64,000 bases of DNA from the NCBI GenBank assembly GCA_049322915.1, contig JBMOPW010000036.1:64001-128000 (forward strand), written 5' to 3'. A program made the position numbers and the translations under genes. A model generated the notes under the pieces. The model was not told the origin of the DNA. It did no database searches and worked only from the letters and a program-made list of their open reading frames with translations. The stretch comes from Candidatus Zhuqueibacterota bacterium. Its GTDB lineage: Bacteria > Zhuqueibacterota > Zhuqueibacteria > Thermofontimicrobiales > Thermofontimicrobiaceae. Below, in pieces: positions 58,547 to 64,000 of this stretch (position 1 is the first letter of the stretch; every line of letters starts with the position of its first letter).

Positions 58547-58630
58547 TTGTTCTAATTAGAATTCAAGGCGTGGTTTTTTTTATATATTAAAAAAATTCCA
58601 ACAGAAAAATTGTAAGGAGGTGAAAAGTTA

Positions 58631-58870
58631 ATGTCCATTGAACAAAAAGTAAAAGATATTATCGTCGATCAATTAGGTGTTGATCCAAGTGAGGTCACTG
58701 AACAGGCTCATTTCATCGAAGATTTAGGCGCTGATTCGCTGGACACCGTCGAATTGGTCATGGCGTTTGAGGATGAATTCAAAGTTGAAATTCCTGATGA
58801 AGACGCTGAAAAGATTACCACAGTTGGTTCGGCAATTGAATACTTGAAAACGAAAGCAAGTGATAAATAA
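58631..58870 (+). CDS. acpP: Acyl carrier protein
   Basis: [14 protein letters not shown]. Confidence 0.97.
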   Translation: MSIEQKVKDIIVDQLGVDPSEVTEQAHFIEDLGADSLDTVELVMAFEDEFKVEIPDEDAEKITTVGSAIEYLKTKASDK

Positions 58871-58872
58871 AC

Positions 58873-58916
58873 AAAAAAGTTAAGTCCTGTCAATCGGCAG
58901 GACTTAACCTGTTTTT
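58873..58916 (+). terminator. Intrinsic terminator after acpP
   Basis: gttaagtcctg...caggacttaac stem followed by a T-run. Confidence 0.7.
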
Positions 58917-59106
58917 GACAGAGGTATTCAGGGAATCGACAAGCATCCGTTCCGCTCGAAGAACGAATACTTCCCGGAAATTCTTAGCGGATGCTACGCA
59001 CGAGGCAGCCAGCATTTAGAATCTCGACCGATTCCGCCGAAGGAAACGAGGAGTTATCTGATTTAAATCTATCGTTACACTGGTCAAATTTCGAGGAAAC
59101 GTTTGT

Positions 59107-60348
59107 ATGAAAAAAAGAGTTCTGGTAACTGGAATGGGAATCATGAGTCCAGTGGGGCATACAATTGATGAATATTGGAATGCTCTCATCAGTGGGAAGA
59201 GCGGTGTGGATTATATTAAAAGCTTTGATGCCAGCAATTTCGACACGACATTTGCTGCAGAAATTAAAAATTTCGACGTTTCGATGTATCTCGATAAAAA
59301 AGAGGCGCGTCGAATGGATACCTTCACCCAATATGCAGTCGTCGCAGCTCAATTGGCCGTACAGAATACCGGACTCAATTTAGAAAAAGAAAATCTTGAG
59401 CGCATTGGTGTCATCCTGGGCTCGGGAATTGGGGGAATGGATACCTTTGAACGGGAATATGCCAATTATTTTGAACGCGGTCCCAGAAAAATCAGCCCGT
59501 TCTTCATTCCAATGATGATTCCGGATATCGCTCCCGGTTACATCAGCATTCGATATGGTTTCAAAGGACCAAATTATTCCACCATCTCTGCCTGCGCTTC
59601 CAGCTCGCACGCCATTGGAAGTGCGTTCCGCACCATTCAGTACGGGGAGGCGGATGTCATGGTGACCGGCGGTTCTGAAGCCACAGTGACGCCCATGGGC
59701 GTTGGCGGTTTCAATGCATTGAAAGCCCTGTCCACACGAAATGACAATCCGCAGAAAGCCAGTCGTCCTTTTGACGCCGAGCGGGATGGATTTGTCATCG
59801 GCGAAGGGGCTGGCATTTTAATCCTGGAGTCGGAAGAACATGCCCTCAACCGGGGAGCAACCATCTATGGAGAGATCATTGGCGTTGCATACACAGGAGA
59901 TGCTTATCACATCACAGCGCCACCGCCGGATGCAAACGGCGCTGAGCGCGTCATGCGAAATGCGCTGATAGATGCCGGCATCACCATCAACGACGTTGAT
60001 TATATCAATGCCCATGGCACATCGACGCTGCCCAATGATAAAATCGAAACGCTCGCGATCAAAAAAGTGTTTGGAGAACGCGCAAGAAAAATCCCCATCA
60101 GTTCCACCAAATCCATGATCGGTCATTTGCTGGGAGCATCGGGGAGCCTGGAACTCATTGCATCGATCCTGACAACGAAGTTTGATAAAATTCACCCGAC
60201 GATGAATTACGAAAACCCGGATCCAGAGTGCGACCTGGATTATACGCCGAATAAAGCGATCGATCGGACAGTACACATCGCAATATCCAATTCGTTTGGG
60301 TTTGGCGGGCACAATGTCTGTCTCGTCGTAAAAAAATACACATCCTAA
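59107..60348 (+). CDS. fabF: 3-oxoacyl-ACP synthase II
   Basis: SACASS, SRPFDAERDGFVIGEG, INAHGTST, KSMIGHLLGA, NSFGFGGHN. Confidence 0.97.
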   Translation: MKKRVLVTGMGIMSPVGHTIDEYWNALISGKSGVDYIKSFDASNFDTTFAAEIKNFDVSMYLDKKEARRMDTFTQYAVVAAQLAVQNTGLNLEKENLERIGVILGSGIGGMDTFEREYANYFERGPRKISPFFIPMMIPDIAPGYISIRYGFKGPNYSTISACASSSHAIGSAFRTIQYGEADVMVTGGSEATVTPMGVGGFNALKALSTRNDNPQKASRPFDAERDGFVIGEGAGILILESEEHALNRGATIYGEIIGVAYTGDAYHITAPPPDANGAERVMRNALIDAGITINDVDYINAHGTSTLPNDKIETLAIKKVFGERARKIPISSTKSMIGHLLGASGSLELIASILTTKFDKIHPTMNYENPDPECDLDYTPNKAIDRTVHIAISNSFGFGGHNVCLVVKKYTS

Positions 60349-60371
60349 AAGAACTTCAACATTGACCTGTT

Positions 60372-61133
60372 ATGTTAGAAAAAATTTCCACCCTTTTTTC
60401 ACGAATAATTCGGCGACACTCTAAAAACGGTTATTTATCTGAAAATGATATTTTGCAGATCGAGGCACGGCTCAATTACCAGTTCAAAAATAAGAGCTTA
60501 ATCATTCAGGCCTTGAAACATCGCTCATTTCTATCCGTTTCGAACGAATCCAGGCTATTGTCGAATGAACGGTTGGAGTTGTTGGGCGATTCTGTGATAG
60601 GCATGGTGGTCACCGAGTTCCTCTATAAAAAGTATCCCATCAAAGAAGAGGGGGAGCTAACTTCAATCAAATCCTTGTTGGTCAGCCGAAAGATTCTGGC
60701 CAGGATCGCCAAGAATATCGGTGTCGGCGATGCCATGTTGCTCAATGAGGCGGAAGAACGGGCCGGGGGACGAAATCGGGCTTCAATATTGGCCGATGCC
60801 ATCGAGGCGGTCATTGGCGCCATTTACCTGGATGGTGGACTGGATACGGTTGTTGCTTTCATAAATGATAAATTGTTGGTTCAATGCGATGAAATTATAA
60901 CTGCTGATCATAATAAAAATTTCAAGAGCATGTTGTTGGAATATTCACAGAGTAAAAATATGGGCCTCCCGCAGTACATTGTCAAAAACGAAGAAGGTCC
61001 GGATCACGATAAAGTATTCACCATCGAGGTGTTGATCAATAATCAGGTTTTAGGTTTAGGAAAAGGGAATAGCAAGAAGCGAGCAGAGCAAATGTCTGCC
61101 AAAAACGCGCTTAAAAAATTGAATCTAATTTGA
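60372..61133 (+). CDS. rnc: Ribonuclease III
   Basis: HRS, NERLELLGDS, ADAIEAVIGAIYLD, dsRBD GPDH..F...SKKRAEQ. Confidence 0.96.
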   Translation: MLEKISTLFSRIIRRHSKNGYLSENDILQIEARLNYQFKNKSLIIQALKHRSFLSVSNESRLLSNERLELLGDSVIGMVVTEFLYKKYPIKEEGELTSIKSLLVSRKILARIAKNIGVGDAMLLNEAEERAGGRNRASILADAIEAVIGAIYLDGGLDTVVAFINDKLLVQCDEIITADHNKNFKSMLLEYSQSKNMGLPQYIVKNEEGPDHDKVFTIEVLINNQVLGLGKGNSKKRAEQMSAKNALKKLNLI

Positions 61134-61150
61134 CCGCTTGGAGGAAAAAT

Positions 61151-62314
61151 ATGAACTATTTTTTCACTGAAGAACAGAGAGAGTTGCAGAAGTTAGCTCG
61201 GAAAGTAGCTGAAGAAAAAGTAAAACCGGTGGCAGCTTATTATGATCAGCACGAAGAATTCCCGTGGGAGTTAGTCAAATTGTTCGCTGAGTTGGACTTT
61301 TTCAGACTCTGCATTGAAGAAGAGTACGGCGGTATGGGAGGCGGCGTTACAGAATTGGCAATTATCACAGAGGAACTGTCTCGCGCATGCGGAGGAATTT
61401 CACTGTCCGTCGCTGCATCAGCACTGGGGATGTTCCCGATCATCATTAGCGGCACCCCGGAGCAGAAACAAAAATATCTCCCGGATCTGGCGGATGGCAA
61501 GCATTTAGCCGGATTTTGTCTCACAGAACCGGAAGCTGGCTCGGATGCCGGCGCGATTAAGACTCGTGCCGTGCTCGATGGTGACCATTATATATTAAAT
61601 GGGAAAAAACATTTCATCACCAATGGCAGCGTGGCCAAGGTGTATACCGTAATCGCTTCAACCGATCCCTCCAAGGGAAGTCGCGGAGCAACGGCCTTTA
61701 TCGTAGAAGAAGGATTCCAGGGCCTGTCCTATGGTAAAAAAGAGGACAAAATGGGAATCCGCGCGTCGGCGACCAGCGAAGTAATTTTTGAAGATTGTCG
61801 CGTGCCGGTTGCCAATAGAATTGGCGCAGAAGGTCAGGGTTTCATCGTCGCCATGAAAACTCTGGATAAATCAAGACCTGGCGTTGCAGCCCAGGCTCTG
61901 GGTATCGCTCAGGGCGCCTATGATCTGGCTGTAGAATACTCCCGACAGCGCGAGCAGTTTGGTCAGTCCATTGTTTCATTCCAGGCGATTCAATTCATGC
62001 TCGCCGATATGGCAATCCAAATCGAAGCGGCACGTTCGCTCATCTATGCCACAGCGAGAATGATTGACTCGGGTGAAAAAAATATCGCCAAAGAATCCGC
62101 GATGTGCAAAGTCATGGCATCCGATGTTGCTATGAAGGTAGCCACCGATGCAGTGCAGATTTTCGGTGGTTATGGTTACATGAAAGATTATCCCATCGAG
62201 AAGTTCATGCGCGATGCGAAAATTACCCAGATTTATGAAGGAACAAACCAGATTCAGCGCCTGGTGATCGCACGCAATATCATCAGAGAAGGAGCCAGTG
62301 TCGCGAAGAAGTAG
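61151..62314 (+). CDS. Acyl-CoA dehydrogenase (short-chain/butyryl-CoA type)
   Basis: CLTEPEAGSD, FITNG, KMGIRAS, REQFG, QIFGGYGY, IYEGTNQIQR; GGAGG RBS. Confidence 0.93.
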   Translation: MNYFFTEEQRELQKLARKVAEEKVKPVAAYYDQHEEFPWELVKLFAELDFFRLCIEEEYGGMGGGVTELAIITEELSRACGGISLSVAASALGMFPIIISGTPEQKQKYLPDLADGKHLAGFCLTEPEAGSDAGAIKTRAVLDGDHYILNGKKHFITNGSVAKVYTVIASTDPSKGSRGATAFIVEEGFQGLSYGKKEDKMGIRASATSEVIFEDCRVPVANRIGAEGQGFIVAMKTLDKSRPGVAAQALGIAQGAYDLAVEYSRQREQFGQSIVSFQAIQFMLADMAIQIEAARSLIYATARMIDSGEKNIAKESAMCKVMASDVAMKVATDAVQIFGGYGYMKDYPIEKFMRDAKITQIYEGTNQIQRLVIARNIIREGASVAKK

Positions 62315-62340
62315 GTAGCATCATCCCGAGAATTGCCAAC

Positions 62341-62378
62341 AAGCCCTGGAATAATTGTTCGATTATCCAGGGCTTTTT
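62341..62378 (+). terminator. Intrinsic terminator
   Basis: aagccctgga...tccagggctt stem followed by a T-run. Confidence 0.75.
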
Positions 62379-62681
62379 ATGCGGGATAGACGAACGCCGG
62401 TGCACCGTTGAGAGCGTTGAAAGAATCTTGAACTCACCTCTGTGATATAATATTCTTATCAAATATGTAATTTTTTGCTTGATTTAATGAAATAAATTTA
62501 TTAGTTTTATTCTGTCACCTGAGCACCGATTTGGACTAATGACGGCGCTCAGTTTGACAGGGATTTTTAAACAAATTTTGCTTGCATATCTCGAATCAAA
62601 TTCTTATATTTATCGATTTATTTTCCGAACGTTTTCGACTGATTGTCCTGAATACAGAACAACGGAAGTGGACAAAGTGCG

Positions 62682-63998
62682 ATGTTCCAAGATTTGACTG
62701 ATAAGTTGGAAGTTGTTTTAAAGAAGCTGAAGGGGCACGGAAAGCTCACTGAAAAAAATATCGCGGAATCATTGAAAGAAGTGAGACGCGTTCTTTTGGA
62801 AGCTGACGTGAATTTTAAAGTCGCCAAGTCGTTCATTTCAGCGGTTCAGGAAAAAGCGTTAGGTCAAGCGGTTTTAAAAAGTATTACCCCGGGGCAGCAG
62901 ATTGTGAAGATCATTCATGATGAATTGACTCACATCATGGGAGAGTCTGAAGCTGCGGTAAATTTATCCGGCGCATTTCCTGCTGTGATCATGTTGTGCG
63001 GATTGCAGGGGTCTGGCAAAACAACCCTAGCAGGAAAATTAGCAAGACATTTCTCGAACCAGGGAAAAAAACCGGTATTAGCAGCGGCTGATATTTACAG
63101 GCCGGCTGCCCAGAAACAGTTGGAAATTGTAGCGGAACAAATCGGAACGCCTGTCATTTCCGAGGCATCCAATTCTGCAGTGAACATCTGTAAAAGCGCG
63201 GTTGATTATGCCCGTTCGAATGGCTACGATCTGGTGATACTGGATACAGCAGGTCGCTTGCATATTGATCAGCAGATGATGCAGGAGTTGCTGGATATAA
63301 AACAGCAGACAAAGCCGCAGGAAATTCTGTTCGTGGCAGATGGCATGACAGGCCAGGATGCCGTGAATACTGCCAAGGAGTTTCTGAACTGGCTGGAGTT
63401 CGATGGAGTGGTGCTCACCAAAATGGATGGGGATGCGCGCGGCGGTGCTGCCTTGTCCATTCGAACGGTGACGCAGAAGCCAATCAAGTTTATCAGTATT
63501 GGTGAAAAGCTGGATGCACTGGAGTCGTTTCACCCTGAACGGATGGCATCCCGAATTTTAGGGATGGGCGATATTGTAACCCTGGTGGAAAAAGCCCAGC
63601 AAACGGTCGACCGTGAACAGGCTGAAAAATTAGAACGTAAGCTGCGACGACAGGAATTCACGTTGCAGGATTTTTACGACCAGTTGCAACAAATAAAAAA
63701 AATGGGACCGCTGGATCAGCTTATAGGAATGCTCCCGGGTGCAAGAAGCTCCATGCTCAAAGGCTTGAAAGTGGATGATCATTCGTTCGTTAAAATTGAA
63801 GCGATGATCAATTCCATGACGCCGGAAGAACGTCAGCGCCCTCAAATCATTAATGGGAGTCGCAGGAAAAGAATCTCCATGGGTAGTGGCACGCAAGTGC
63901 AGGATGTCAATCAGCTTCTGAAGCAATTTCAGATGATGCAAAAGATGATGAAGAATATTAACAAAGTTGGATTTAAAGGTCTTCCGTTTCGGTTCTAA
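62682..63998 (+). CDS. ffh: Signal recognition particle protein Ffh
   Basis: ADVN, GLQGSGKTT, DTAGR, TKMDGDARGGAALS, RILGMGD, SMT.EER, SRRKRI..GSG. Confidence 0.97.
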   Translation: MFQDLTDKLEVVLKKLKGHGKLTEKNIAESLKEVRRVLLEADVNFKVAKSFISAVQEKALGQAVLKSITPGQQIVKIIHDELTHIMGESEAAVNLSGAFPAVIMLCGLQGSGKTTLAGKLARHFSNQGKKPVLAAADIYRPAAQKQLEIVAEQIGTPVISEASNSAVNICKSAVDYARSNGYDLVILDTAGRLHIDQQMMQELLDIKQQTKPQEILFVADGMTGQDAVNTAKEFLNWLEFDGVVLTKMDGDARGGAALSIRTVTQKPIKFISIGEKLDALESFHPERMASRILGMGDIVTLVEKAQQTVDREQAEKLERKLRRQEFTLQDFYDQLQQIKKMGPLDQLIGMLPGARSSMLKGLKVDDHSFVKIEAMINSMTPEERQRPQIINGSRRKRISMGSGTQVQDVNQLLKQFQMMQKMMKNINKVGFKGLPFRF

Positions 63999-64000
63999 AG

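Noticed and set aside
1..64000. CRISPR arrays, tRNA, rRNA, SRP RNA
   Set aside because: No regularly spaced repeats or recognisable RNA gene signatures seen; a covariance-model scan would be needed to exclude them fully.

Overview
Bacterial chromosomal window from a probable anaerobe. The FlgD-Ig/T9SS-type 'NYPNPFNPSTTI' secreted protein, FG-GAP proteins and gene content suggest an FCB-related lineage such as KSB1/Calditrichota (inference). Left to right: (1) a divergent GlnE-like double nucleotidyltransferase, folE2, ndk, ackA. (2) An [FeFe]-hydrogenase-like sensor kinase, response regulators and a fused NfnAB. (3) A minus-strand, largely AT-rich island (13.0-24.7 kb). It encodes an FG-GAP/ASPIC sensor kinase, a sigma54 activator, a UAS-IHF-(-24/-12) promoter, a lipoprotein secretin, two paralogous secreted pilin-like proteins and a tandem PapD-like chaperone, with no usher or ATPase. 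This is a candidate 'chaperone-secretin' surface-fibre system. (4) A DRTGG / Ser-Thr kinase / hydrogenase-like / PHP regulatory cluster. (5) A large NuoEFG-like + HdrA/MvhD/HdrD/HdrL cluster resembling BamDEFGHI without BamB. It has a REC-NuoE fusion and two selenoprotein genes (in-frame TGA plus SECIS-like hairpin) that the ORF track truncates. It is interrupted by integron-like attC cassettes carrying toxin-antitoxin pairs, inserted at GTT sites inside a ~0.5 kb duplication, and by other insertions. (6) yceD (premature TAA)-rpmF-plsX-fabH-lipoprotein-fabD-fabG-acpP-fabF-rnc-acyl-CoA dehydrogenase-ffh. No rRNA, tRNA, CRISPR, integrase or transposase was recognised. All calls come from reading motifs by eye; no database searches were run.
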